Numbered from the stretch's first letter, positions 23,248 to 36,564 are shown. The stretch is 64,000 nucleotides of DNA from Flaccisagitta enflata (GCA_965153355.1 OZ231126.1:10168001-10232000); one strand, 5' to 3'. The notes: generated by a model not told the origin, from the letters alone. Translations and numbers: made by a program.

Positions 23248-23436
23248 GTGCTCGAAACGTTGGCGCCGGAGACAACACACAGACGATGCCGATTGCGAAG
23301 ATGAGACTCAATGGCGGAAAAGAAGATTCAAGACGACTCTGAAATACAATACGCGATCGATAAAAACACATGCAAGAGGAGAAACAACCGAAGACTAAAA
23401 TCACGATCTCGCCGAGGACGATAAACATTGATTCAA

Positions 23437-23584
23437 CGCCGATTACAGAACAATGCCGATTACAGAACAATGCCGATTACAGAACAATGCCGATTACAAA
23501 ACAACGCCAATTACAGAACAACGCCGTTTACAAAACAATGCCGATCACAGAACAACGCCAATTACAGAACAACGCCGATTACAG
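23437..23584. repeat. 17-bp minisatellite (gccgattacagaacaat), ~8.5 copies
   Basis: Directly visible. Confidence 0.9.
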
Positions 23585-23626
23585 ATTACGCCGGTAAATG
23601 AAAAACGCCGGCGAACGAGACACACT

Positions 23627-23788
23627 GGTGACTGAATACGCCGCTGACTGAATACGCCGCTGACTGAATACGCCGGTGACTGAATACGCCGGTGACTGAA
23701 TACGCCGGTGACTGAATACGCCGGTGACTGAATACGCCGGTGACTGAATACGCCGGTGACTGAATACGCCGGTGACTGAATACGCCGC
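23627..23788. repeat. 16-bp minisatellite (ggtgactgaatacgcc), ~10 copies
   Basis: Directly visible. Confidence 0.92.
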
Positions 23789-24180
23789 ATCCCCAAGACC
23801 TTAGAAATGGGGTGTGCGGTGATGAAACACGCCGATGACGAAACACGCCAAGATAGAATACGCTGATGATAGAACACGCCAGTGACAGACTATGCAGAAA
23901 CTTCCACATCAAACGAACTTTGCGCTGCAGTTGATACAAAGCCAGATAGGCGGAAATTTCTCGACGATCCCTGCTATACGGCATCGGGTGCATCCAGATC
24001 GCCGAAGGTAGCATTGCGCCGGGGGAGAACAACACTGATTGCACAAAAGCTGTTACCGTGGAAACCGGGGGAGGACACGACAAACTAATAGAACAGGAGG
24101 AACACAACATTGATCAGGGGAGAACATGACATCGCGGCTTCTTATTTTTTGCTGCCGAGACTTCAGATGAATCCTGCGAC

Positions 24181-24843
24181 CATCTCAAATCACCCAACAA
24201 CCCCTCCCTATCATTTTTAGATGCGTCCTCGCATCTCTTGAGTTACGTGTCCATCCCCCGTATCTTTTTTTTGACTGCCTGGACTCTGCCCCCATCCCTC
24301 CCACCTCCAGAATCAGTTTTTTGATATTAGATTCTTTGAAATTGTTTGTCAATCTCATACAAATCTGAGAACATACATCGCGGTTCTTATTCTTTTGCGT
24401 TACGAGACTTCAAAGAACAGATCATCTCAAATCACCCAACAACCCCTCCCTATCATTTTTAGATGCGTCCTCGCATCTCTTGAGTTACGTGTAAACATCC
24501 CCCTGTATCTTTTTTTCTGACTGCCTGGACTCTGCCCCCATCCCTCCCACCTCCAGAATTCAGTTCTTTTAATATTAGATTCTTTGAAATTGTTTGTCAA
24601 TTCTCATACAAATCTGGTCTCTTACCATCATACAGTATTGGTTCTTGTTTCTTTATGTCGTTTAAGTATTACTTCAAAGAACAAGAAATGCATATTTTGT
24701 AAATTGGTATATTCATAGAATAATGCATTCTTTAACCATAAAAGGCAATGTTAACAAAAGAAACTGCAATATGCAAGATCCATAGAATTCTTTCTACATT
24801 GAGTTAAGTAGAGGACGCATCGTTGCCCAATTGGGCTTGTTTT
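24181..24843 (+). repeat. Two ~240-bp units starting with part of the 115-bp monomer, then the HINE 3' terminus
   Basis: catctcaaatcacccaacaac...gcatctc at 24181 and 24423. The 3' end aggacgcatc gttgccca-at-tgggc ttgttt lies at ~24812-24843. Confidence 0.8.
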
Positions 24844-25580
24844 ATCCTCAAAGCTATGAAGCAGTATATTTTAGGTTTTAATAGTGTTAAATTGTGTTGT
24901 AGTAATTACATTTTACCTTTTGGTACTGCCAAAAGTGTAAAATCTTCAAAAATTTTTTTTCTTTTTTTCAAGCTTTTGATTTTCTTCCCCATCTCCAAAC
25001 CATTTGATTTTAGTTCCCTTCCAACGGGGGGGGTAAAAAAACAACACATACATGGCAATCCAGTTGAGACAGTAGGGCAGGAGCGGTAATGCAAAAACCG
25101 CTCGCAATTCAACAAGGCCAACATAAATAACTAAAGATGACTTTTATTGACTCAAGATGACTTAAAATGACTCAGGACTACTTTAAAAGACTTAAAAAGA
25201 CCTAAAATGACTGAAATGACTACTTTGACCTATTTGACTTAAGTGACTTAAAATAAACTTAGAATGACTTAGAATGACTTAGAATGACATAGAATGACTT
25301 AGAATGACTAGAAATATCTTAAAGTATAATAAAAAAAGTAAAGTGTGACGGACCGACGGACGGACCGACGGACCGACGGACCGACGGACCGACGGACCGA
25401 CAAAGCGGGTTGTAGAGTCGCGTGCACGCGACTAAAAACAGAAACACGTGTGTTTGTCTGTCTGTCTGTCTGCCTGTTAGTCTGTGTCTCTGTCAAAGTA
25501 CTCAATGAGAGAGTGAGAGTAAGACAGAGAGACAGACAGAGAGAGAAAGAAGCAAGAAAATACAAGTGACTCGAAAGCTA

Positions 25581-26182
25581 CAGTACGATGGGAGCAATGA
25601 CGACCTAGACTGGAGGATAGATTTTAGGTATCCTAATTTCATTTGTATCATAAAATATTTGAGATCTAGGCTAATCAAAGATCACTCTATTGAGTGAATG
25701 CATTTGCGTCTCTTAAACCTCAACTTGTGACTTGCCCTCATCAAGACTTCATTTTTACAGGTTTTAACCATTTTTATTAGATTGGGCGAAAAATTATTTA
25801 AAATTTTGAAAAAAAAAAATCAGCTCAATCGGAACATTTTTACAGGTTTTACAGCTATGTTTAATAAACAATAGTTATGCAAATTAATTTTTGAGCTAAA
25901 CTTAAAATAGCTATAAAACCTGTAAAAATAGACCCATTGAGCTGATTTTTTTTTCAAAACCATATAAAATTTTCCACCCAATCTATTGAGATAGGTAAGA
26001 ACTTTGAAAGATAAAGTCTTGATGAGGTCAAGTCGCAAGTTGAAGTTTGAGAGACGCAAACATTTTCACTCAATAAAGCAACCTTTGATTACCGTAGATC
26101 TCATATATTTTATGATAAAAACAAAATTAAGGTGCCTAAAATCTATCCTCCAGTCTAAGTTGTCATTGCTCCCATCGTACTG
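25581..26182. mobile_element. Tc1/mariner-type foldback MITE
   Basis: TA|CAGTACGATGGGAGCAATGAC...GTCATTGCTCCCATCGTACTG|TA. The inverted repeats extend at least ~170 bp. Confidence 0.85.
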
Positions 26183-26628
26183 TAGCGTCATGAAAGTTAG
26201 TCAAAAAGCGGGACAACATGTTAATCATTCTTTTGTACCAATAAAGGCGGCTCTCGCCGACCGGAAAAAGTCGTAAGTGAAGTCTTTTTTATCAATACAT
26301 CTTCTTCTGTGTGCATCTCATGATGTTTAGTTGACTGTCTGCCTGTTTTTGTCATTCAATCTGTCTCTCTGCTTCTCTTTCTTGGTCTTCCTTGGTCTTT
26401 GAGTGTGTGTGTGTGTGTATCTCTCTCTCTCTCTCTCTCTCAGACCTGTACATCTTATAGTAGCGAGTAGCGCCGCTACTCGGAAGGGCTGGATGCCTCT
26501 CAGAAGGTTTGGAAGGAAGGAAGGAAGGAAGGAAGGAAGGAAGGAAGGAAGGAAGGAAGGAAGGGAGAAAGAAAAGGCGAAGGTGAAAAAAAGAAGAGGT
26601 GAAAAAAGAAAGAAAAAAAGAGGAAAGA

Positions 26629-26737
<109 letters not shown>

Positions 26738-28897
26738 GTGAATGAATAATAAGTTTGATGACTGTAAAAGTTCTGAACATTTAGAAAAAGTTCCAATTCC
26801 GGTGGTCTGGAAAAATGCAAATATTTCCCTTGAAGGTTTTCAATTCTTGCTTTAGCATTCTTAAGGAAACGATTACTTTCATTTATACATTGAGTATTTT
26901 TCATCTTTATGAAATAAATAAAGCCATGCCTTTATTATAAAAGGTTTTTGTTTACTAAATATAAAATAATAAACTTGAAAACGAAATTTTATTTCTAAAA
27001 TTTCAATACAGTCATGAATATAGCTATAAATGGGGATTGAAACTGAAACTCTGCCTTTGCGCCCCAACTTGAAACTGTCGTTTTTTGAATCTAAAGTTCT
27101 TGGAATGTGTCTGAAAATAATTGATTGTTTTTTTATGTTTGTTAGTCGCGTGCACGCGACTCTACAACCCGCTTTGTCCGTCGGTTGGTCGGTTGGTCTG
27201 TCGGTCACACTTCACCCTCGATTATAGGTGGAAATACAATGGAGTTTGAAAGGCAACTCCACAAATGCGGATGTTAATTTTAGGCCATAGGGTCAAATCA
27301 GTGTTTTATGAATTTCAGTCTAGTTTTCTATCACAATATCAAAAGTAGCATTTGAGAGTGGGTGCAATGTATGGAGGCACCAACAGACAGACAGACCAAT
27401 GTAGTGACCAACCATTGGAAAATAAAACTTCCTAAAAAGTTGCAAGATTGCAATTAAAAGCTAAATTGGGTTTTGCATAGAAACTTGATTTCAATCAAAC
27501 GCTAGATTCCTTTAGGCCATGCGACCTTACAGACGCAGCTCCATTTCATTACGTTTTCTCTATGAAAAAGCTCTCAGAGATAAATTTCACTCAAAGAATG
27601 AACTTTTAACCAAAAAACAACCAAATAACATCAAAAGACATCCGCAGTAATGGAGTTTTGCTCAAACTTTATTCTATTTCCATAAAAAAGCCAAATTGAG
27701 AAGCGTGACTTTACTTTTTTTATGATTTGTTTCTTTGACCTCACTGCTCCTGCCCAAATGGTCTGGTGACCTCAAATATGGCCCCTGCCCACCCGCATGC
27801 GACGTAGCCGTGTATCCGGCCTTGTTTTTCAAAAGAAATGAGCTTAGTAAAGTACAGAAAAACATAGCAACGCATGAAAAGGCGTAGGAAAGCATAGCTA
27901 GACTAGTCGGAAGATTTTCAGGAAAAATATCTGCTACTTGGAAGGAGAGCAGGATGTGTAGGTCTGCTCTCTCTCTCAGTGTCTCTATGTGTGTATGAAT
28001 TTGTGTATGTGTATGTCTCTCTTTGTTTTTTTCTTTCTCTTTCCCTTTCTATTCTCTTTCTCTCTCTCTCTCTCTTTCTATCTCTAAAGCAGAGTAAAAT
28101 GCAAAAGCTAGCATCATAAAAGTTTTGGTCAATTTGTGTAACATCTTGACTCTTCTCTATTGTTACATAGGGCCAAAAAATAGGATCAATGAAAAATTTC
28201 AATTTTTGAAAAATGTGAAAAAATAAAAAAAGATTAAAAAATTCATAACGCCAATACTAATGATCGTAGAGACTTCTGGTTGGCGCAATTTGAAAGAGGA
28301 AAATCAGCTCTTTCTTAGCTATGAATATCAAAAAATGTATCATCCCAGTCAGGAAATGGCTCAACTTTCTCAAATTCCTCAAATCGAAAATGGAAAACCC
28401 GATTTCTCCCCTACGTTTCAAAAAGTTGAATTATGTAATTCCCGATTTCTCCCCTACGTTTCAAAAAGTTGAATTATGTAATTCGACTTTTTTCCAATCA
28501 GTACTATTACATAAAGCAAAAAATTAGGATCTATGAAAATTAATGCAAAAAGATAAAAATAAATTAAAACAAGGCCGGATACACGGCAATCCAGTCGCGG
28601 ACGGTTGGGCAGGAGCAGTAATGCGAAAACCCGATTTCTCCCCTACGTTTCAAAAAGTTGAATTATGTAATTCGACTTTTTTCCAATCAGTACTATTACA
28701 TAAAGCAAAAAATTAGGATCTATGAAAATTAATGCAAAAAGATAAAAATAAATTAAAAAAATCGTAAATCAAAAACTATGGATTGCACAGAATTCTGCTT
28801 GGCGCCTCTGAAAGAGCAAAATCAGCTTTTTCTTAGCTTTTAATTTCATGACCAATTTGGCCCCCTAAACTTAAAAACTTTTTAGACGCCTCATGAA

Positions 28898-29047
28898 AAC
28901 AAGGCCGGATACACGGCCACCAGTTGCGGACGGGTGGGCAGGGGCGGAAATGCAAGTTTTCACACTTTCCAACTCGATCATTACGGACGGACAGATGGAC
29001 GGACGGACGAACAAAGCCTCTTACAGAGTTGCGTGTCCGCAACTAAA
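28898..29047 (-). mobile_element. HINE-like element (AGTTGCG family); other copies ~33742-33886, 42547-42682, 59242-59390
   Basis: 5' hairpin agttgcg-gaca-cgcaact, 3' subTIR ccgcaact, terminal ggccgtgtatccggcc ttgtt. Confidence 0.75.
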
Positions 29048-29283
29048 AAGAGAAAAATCTAAAAAGCTCTATAAGTCTCAAAAATCCAAATGAACTTCGT
29101 TTCTTCGACTTTTTTTTCTTTTCCAAATGACATACCTGAGTGCAAATCAGTGAGCAGATGCCAACCCAAGGACTTGCGTAGGAGAAGTAAGAGAAGAGTC
29201 GTTCATTTTCAGTCCATTCGAGTCAATTTTATCTTGACTAATGATTCATTTTGAAAGACTGTCGTGTAAGAAAGGAAAATGAC

Positions 29284-30429
29284 CAGCCCTGAAAATAGTA
29301 ATTTTTTTCAGCGGGCCCGTCGGGCCCGCTCCTCCCAATTTTTGCGTGCCCGACAGGGAAACAGCGGGCCGACTGAAATATAGCTATTCCAAGCTTTCTG
29401 TTGATATAAACCTATGTAAACTGCTCACCGTGTTGCCTAGCTGTGATAGGTAGGAAAAAATGACACAGCATAGCGACCTATTCTGGGGTGTTATATACAC
29501 CTAGACTGATATTCCCCTGCATGACACTAAAAATTCTGTTGGGATTTTTCCGAGAAACGCCTCAAAATGCCATAATTTCCCGTAAAATTGACATTTTTTA
29601 GCGTTTTTTCAGCCAAAAGTCGCTCAAAAATTGCAGCTCTGGTCAGGAAAGTGGTCTGACAATTACAATTTAGCACTGAGACATGTTCATGCAAAAATTT
29701 AAGTCAAGTGAAAATCATTTAGTATCATTTTACGCAGTAAAATGCCATTAAAATAGCAATTCTAAGCATTTCTTGGGTGTCACTCTCTCATAGCTGGAAA
29801 TTACTTGAGAACTGACAGAAAAAAGGTATCAGGGCCTAAAACAAACATATATCAAACTTTCGTAATATAATGTCAGGATTTGGTGACATATAATGCCGTA
29901 AAGCGCCGTTAAGTACTGTTAAAATGGCATTTTTGGGGTAATAATTGCTCAAACAATTGCTCAAATTGTCAGAAACAAACAAACTAGGATAATTTGAAAC
30001 TGAGACACATTTCATTCAATTTGTCATCATTTGGCATAGTTTCATGCCCAAAATTTTTGGGTGACACCCTCTCAAATAGCACGCATAAACACAAAATGTG
30101 CCAGAAAATGGAAAGTTAGATGTACTGACATCATAGATTCAAAACAGTGAGTTGATATAAAATCATATCCTTATGCCTTAAATAACCGTTAAATGCCGCT
30201 TATTGACATTTTTTTGCAGCTTCTAGGGTGTGTGCATGTGTGTGCGTGTGTGTGTGTGCGTGTGTGTGTATGTGTGTTACTGTGTCATTGTGTAAATGTA
30301 TGAAAGTGCTTTTGCAAGGACGCAATAACACGCATGTTTTCCAGAGCATCAGTGTGTCTATGTACGTGCATGCGTGTGTGTACCTGCGTGCGTGCATGTA
30401 TGTGTGTGTGTGCATGTGTGAATGTGTGT

Positions 30430-30504
<75 letters not shown>

Positions 30505-31535
30505 GAAATGCAAGGACGCATCTAATAAACGCCAAATGAAATATTTTGCCATTTTACGGTATTCTACAGTCATTTTAGTATTTTACAGTCTTTCACAGCA
30601 TGTTAATGTGAAGTTATCATAACATCTTGTGTTGAAGCCTTCATCTAAATGTATCTCAGGATCTACCATCCTTTTTTTGGGCATTTTAGAAGAAATGCCA
30701 CACAATATAATGAAATAACACCCAAAAGTCAGTAAAAAAAGCCATTTATCATTTTTACAGCATTTTTTACGGCATGTAATGACGCTGAATGATGATGGCT
30801 TGCTTTGAGTCCTTTTAAGAGTGTCTCTCACTGCCACAAATACTTAGTTTTATCAGGTTAATCATAGTTGAGCCAGTATTACTCAAAAGAATGCCAATTA
30901 TGCCATTTTTATGGCATTTTGCAGTATTTGACGGCATTTTACAGCTTTGCAATGTGACCAAATACGACAATATTTTATGGAACTTGAGCATATGTGCGTT
31001 TCAGGCCCCACCCCATTTCCTAGCAGTTTTTTAAGACCATATCTTATGATATGGAAGAGCAACACTTAAAATCAGTCAAAAATGTCATTTTAACGGCATT
31101 TAACGGCGTAAAATGATACCATATGACGTCTGCATGACTTGAATTTTTGCATGAATGTGTCTTAGTGCTAAATGTAATTGTCAAACCATTTGCTGACCAG
31201 AGCCGCTGTTTTTGAGCTCGTTTCGCCTGAAAAATTCTCAAAAATGTCAATTTTATGGGAAATCACGATATTTTACGGCGTTTTCTCCGAAAAATCCCAA
31301 CAGAATTTTTAGTCTCATGCAGGGGAATATCAGTCTAGGTATATATAACACCCCAGAATAGGTCGCTATGCTGTGTCATTTTTTCCTAGTTATCACAGCT
31401 AGGCAACACGGTGTGCTACAACACTGAAGTAAATTTCTCTATCTATGCAGACTATTTCCTAAAAAATGGAAAGAATTACGCAAAGAATAATGGTAACTTG
31501 TCTCTAAGAGGTTTTATCTGTCCCTCTGTCCCTTT

Positions 31536-31600
<65 letters not shown>

Positions 31601-32593
31601 TCTCTCTCTCTCTCTCTCTCCTCCAATATAGAAATGGCTGTAACCATGGCAAAGAAAAAAAAGACAGTAATTTCAATATACTCCTACGCACGCATTTTTT
31701 TGATCTGCTTAAAATCCTTTTAGGGAGTAATAGTTAATCAAATTATCTACTCAGCAAAAAAATCAGAACTCAAAAATAATTTTTGAGCCCGTAGCATCAT
31801 TTTTTGTGAAAAACATCAGGAATTAAAGAAGGGAAAAAACTCCATATTTACAACTTTTAGAAAATTCATTTTGACTAGTTTTACAAATATTGATGCTACA
31901 GGTACAAAAACTTTTTTGAGTTCTGATTTTTTTGCTGAGTCACAAAATCAACATACTATGAACCCCTGAGAAGATTTTTGAGGCTGCTTAAAAAAATAAG
32001 CTTGCAGTTACAATTGTATGTCAAGTGAAAATCATAAGCCAATGGCGAATCATCATTTGACAAATTGGGCAAATATTGTCGCTACAGCCACAAAAATCAA
32101 CTTTTTTGAGTTCTGATTTTTTTGCTGAGTCACAAATTTGTCATACTACTACCACCTAAAAGGATTTGAAATTATTCAAAAAAATGGGCTTGAAGTGCCA
32201 CTTTGAAAATCACTGTCTTTTTTATTTTTGCCATAGTTATCCATTAAGCAAGACATTTTAAATCATCGAATCTTGAATGGCACCTTAAATTTTTTATTTG
32301 TAGATAATCATAGTACAAAAAATGAATGTAACCGCTGAACTTCTTTTGACATTGAGTTGCTGATAAGTGTCTCCACAAGTCTTTTTATCGCCAGGAGAAA
32401 GAAAAACTTAGGTATTTCCAATTTTCCGTTCTTCTGTTTGATATTGATTTAAGTTTTAACCTCAGAACAAAATGACAATTCGCCGTAAGAATACATAATG
32501 TTATTGTACGGTGGATCAAATTATTATTCAAGGATACCAAGCAAAATTACTGCAGCTTGTTTAATTTGCGGGCCCGCTCTATTTTCAGGGCTG
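29284..32593. mobile_element. TIR element (hAT-like termini), non-coding, with nested insertions
   Basis: cagccctgaaaatag pairs with ctattttcagggctg, with gcgggcccg subterminal motifs at both ends. No clean TSD. Confidence 0.6.
29426..31413. mobile_element. Non-autonomous DNA transposon with long TIRs, CAC...GTG termini and 4-bp TSD (Chapaev/CMC-like)
   Basis: More than 130 bp of TIR (caccgtgttgcctagctgtgata...). TGCT flanks both ends (29422-29425 and 31414-31417). Confidence 0.78.
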
Positions 32594-32833
32594 ATTAAAT
32601 GACTTTTTGATGAATGGATGGAGCCCTTCGAAAGATATTCGGGGAGTAACAATACAACGCATTAATTATAAACGTTGTAATAAGGATTTTTTTGTAAAAA
32701 GAGAGAAAGGACAGCAACAAATAAAATATTAATGCCACGCGATTGCATTCAAAACGCCCCCTCGTCGCGATCCGGTCCTTTCGTCGCTATCTTCTTGTGA
32801 TAAGAAGCTTGTCCGAGAAGGCCGTATAATTTA

Positions 32834-32899
<66 letters not shown>

Positions 32900-33017
32900 A
32901 GAGTAGAGAGAGTAGAGAGAGAAGAGGGAGAAGAGAGAGAAGAGAGAGAGAAGAGAGAGAGAAGAGAGAGAGAAGAGAGAGAGAAGAGAGAGAAGAGAGA
33001 GAGAAGAGAGAGAAGAG

Positions 33018-33100
<83 letters not shown>

Positions 33101-34168
33101 GAGAAATGGATTTTCTGAGAATTATTGAAATGAGAAAGACTCAGAAATAGCATTACTGAGACACGCCGATGTGACTGCGGGTGTTATGAAAAATGGCAAA
33201 GTTCAAGACGGTGAAGATATGTACATGTATAAAAGTCATGTATATGTGCGACCACAGACCACAATCATGAACTTCAAGCGGCACACAACAAAATGCCACA
33301 GCCCACAAGTAATGCAAGAGTAGTGTTCATTGTCGAAATTGACCCTCAAAATTGTTCTAACCTACGCGCTACGCTCGGGTGTGTCCATATGCAAAACGTT
33401 AATCCCTGAGAACATGATGCTAGGACATCATGAGGTTGCTCATTTTGAATTTAATGTCTTCACCGTTTTTCTTTTTTCAAATTTCTGTCATCTTCCGTTT
33501 TTTTCAAAAACCCTGTTTTGCCCCCAAATTTGCATAACGTTGTAATCATGTTTATCCATCGCCTTGTTATAGTGCGCGTTCCAATTAATTCAAAATGCTG
33601 CTATCCTCATTAAAGCTTCCCGGAAAAGTGTCTGGGTTAATCATATCAAATTCAATGAAACAGTAAGATGGTCTTTTCGGTTTATTAATTTGTTTCCTGG
33701 CGAACGAGAGTGCAGACATTGCATAAGATTTCGATCATGAAAAAACAAGGCCGGATACCAGTTGCGGCATGCGGATGAGTGGGCAAGGGCGGAAATGCGC
33801 GTTTTCCCACTTTTCGACTCGATCATTGAGGACCAGCGGACGGACCGACAAAGCCTCTTATAGAGTCGCGTGTCCGCAACTAAAAACGGGTGCCAATGGA
33901 ATTTTGGAAAAAGGAAAACGGCGATCGTTTTAAAATCGACTACCCCATCTATGCATCTTGAGTCAGCATTATGGTCTCAAACTCAGTCACCACCCGTATT
34001 TGACACGAGGCCGTATACACGGCTACCGAAGTCAAGTGCGGGTGGCCAGTGGCAGTGATAAAAAAGGATTACCAAGCATTTGGGCAGAAGCGGTAATGCA
34101 AAAAACGATGATCTGAGTTGCCCCGTCTTTATAAGTCTCGACTCATCTGCCGTATTTCCTGGAAATAC

Positions 34169-34241
<73 letters not shown>

Positions 34242-34280
34242 TGAGAGATTCTCTGAGAAAGGGATCTCTGGGAATTATTG

Positions 34281-34358
<78 letters not shown>

Positions 34359-34539
34359 TTGATTTTAATGCTCAAAAATGTGCAGTTCAACACATAAATA
34401 TAATGTTTTTGGGCGTTACAAATAAAGAATACAATAAAAAATCATAGTAATAAATTTTCTAATCTACTTTCTAAAAATACCACGCAGTATGTATTCATTA
34501 TGAATACGATAGTTTCTATCACATAAAAGGGAATAGGGT

Positions 34540-34616
<77 letters not shown>

Positions 34617-34782
34617 CATTTTACCATGGTTCCATGCGCTGTCTTAGTATTCCATACCTTTTGAATAATCGGTACCAATAAAGGCGGCTCTCGCCGACCG
34701 GAAAAAAGTCGTAAAAGGGAGTTTTTTTTTGTGCATATTCTCCTTTGTGTGTGCATCTCATGATGGTTGACTGCTTGTCTGC

Positions 34783-34969
34783 TTTTAGTCGCGTGCTACG
34801 CAACTCTACACCCTGCTTTGTCGGTCCGCTGGTCCGTCCGTCACACTTTTATTTTTTGGCGTTTATGGGGTTTTTGGCTATACCCCTTCTGCCCAAATGC
34901 TCCACTGACCTCGAATATGGCCCCTGCCCACCCGCACGCGACTGGGGTAGCCGTGTATCCGGCCTTGTT
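34783..34969 (+). mobile_element. HINE-like element (AGTCGCGT family); other copies ~25325-25437, 27143-27828 (split), 39538-39717, 42120-42310, 45700-45878, 52443-52706, 57540-57730
   Basis: Same 5' hairpin, GTCC tract, subTIR and 3' hairpin architecture. Inserted in T-rich sites with no TSD. Confidence 0.78.
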
Positions 34970-35096
34970 ATTATTCAATCTCTGTCACTCTGTGTCTCTT
35001 TTTTCTGTTGGTCTATGAGTGTGCGTGTGTGTGTGTGTGTCTATGTTTATGTGTGTGTGCATGTGTGTCTTTCCTTTCTTCTTTGTGTGTGTTTGT

Positions 35097-35143
<47 letters not shown>

Positions 35144-35182
35144 TAGAGAGTGTGTGTGTGTGTGTGTGTGTGCGCGTGTCTC

Positions 35183-35347
<165 letters not shown>

Positions 35348-35734
35348 TTCTCTCTCTCTCTCTCAAGCAGATTAAAATATCAAAGTAGTGAAAGTAGGAG
35401 TCAATTTATATAACTTCTTTACTGTTCCCTATTGTTACATAACGCCTAAAATTGGGATCAATGAAAAATATCAATTTTTTCGGAAATGCGAAAAAATATA
35501 AAAAGATTCAAAAATTCCTAGCGCCAAAACTAATGATTGTTTAGACTTCTGGTTGGTGCCATTTGAAAGAGAAAAATTAGCTCTTTCTTAGCTGTGAATA
35601 TCAAAAAATGTATACTCCCAGCCCCAAAATGACACAACTCTCTAAAATTGCCTCAAACCAAAAATTGAAAACTTTATTTCTCCCCTACGTTTCAAAAAGT
35701 CAAATTACGTAATTTGACTTTTTTCCAATAATTT

Positions 35735-36011
35735 CGCGTAAGGTTTCGATGTCATTTGCAAAGAAATCTTCTTTAGTTTCACTATCATACAAGTTCACGT
35801 CCCGGAATTTTATGCACTCATTTAATCGGTGGTTCTCGTCATCTAACACATGACATTGAGTACATATCTCAGGTTTATTTCCCTTATAATTTCGCCCACA
35901 TTCGAGCATGCCATAGCGGGCAATGATTATAGTTTTTGTGTCATATTTACTACATTGGATTATTTTGTCAATAGGTTTCCTAGTACTATCTTGGAAAAAA
36001 AAATCATTCAC
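35735..36011 (-). pseudogene. LINE ORF2 C-terminal fragment (Cys/His motif)
   Basis: IIARYGMLECGRNYKG..ICTQCHVLDDENHRLNEC. Its start overlaps the end of the 38246 fragment (cttggaaaaaa..cattca). Confidence 0.65.
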
Positions 36012-36398
36012 CTAACATTAAGTGTATCTATATATAAGTGAAATGAATATTATTTAATTTCAAATCATTTGATATTTAAATCAACTCTTTTAGAGTGGAT
36101 GATAGAGTTTGGAGTTTCAAACAAAATCATCTAGTGGCATATAACGGAAGTATAATTGAGATTATACGCATAGTAGGTTGCGTATAAGTGGAGTTTTTAG
36201 CCTAAAAAACGCTTTTTAACGTTTTTTTTAATTAGTCTTACAATTACTACTATTTTTGAAGATGAAATTAGTTTCCCATAGTTGACTCTTTACGAAAATA
36301 CTTGAGCAAAGTATGGTGGTGTTTTTTCATTCAAATGTTCTCATTTGCTTTTTGTCCAAATTATAAAAGAAAATAGAAGTTTTGTTACTATTTTCTAG

Positions 36399-36454
<56 letters not shown>

Positions 36455-36564
36455 ATAATCGACTTGGTTGTCACTTCATGTAAGCAGACGATCGATCTAT
36501 CCAAAACATATGGTCCACAAAAATCGGAAAGGCATTATTGCAGGTGCTAAGTGAGAGAGAGAAA

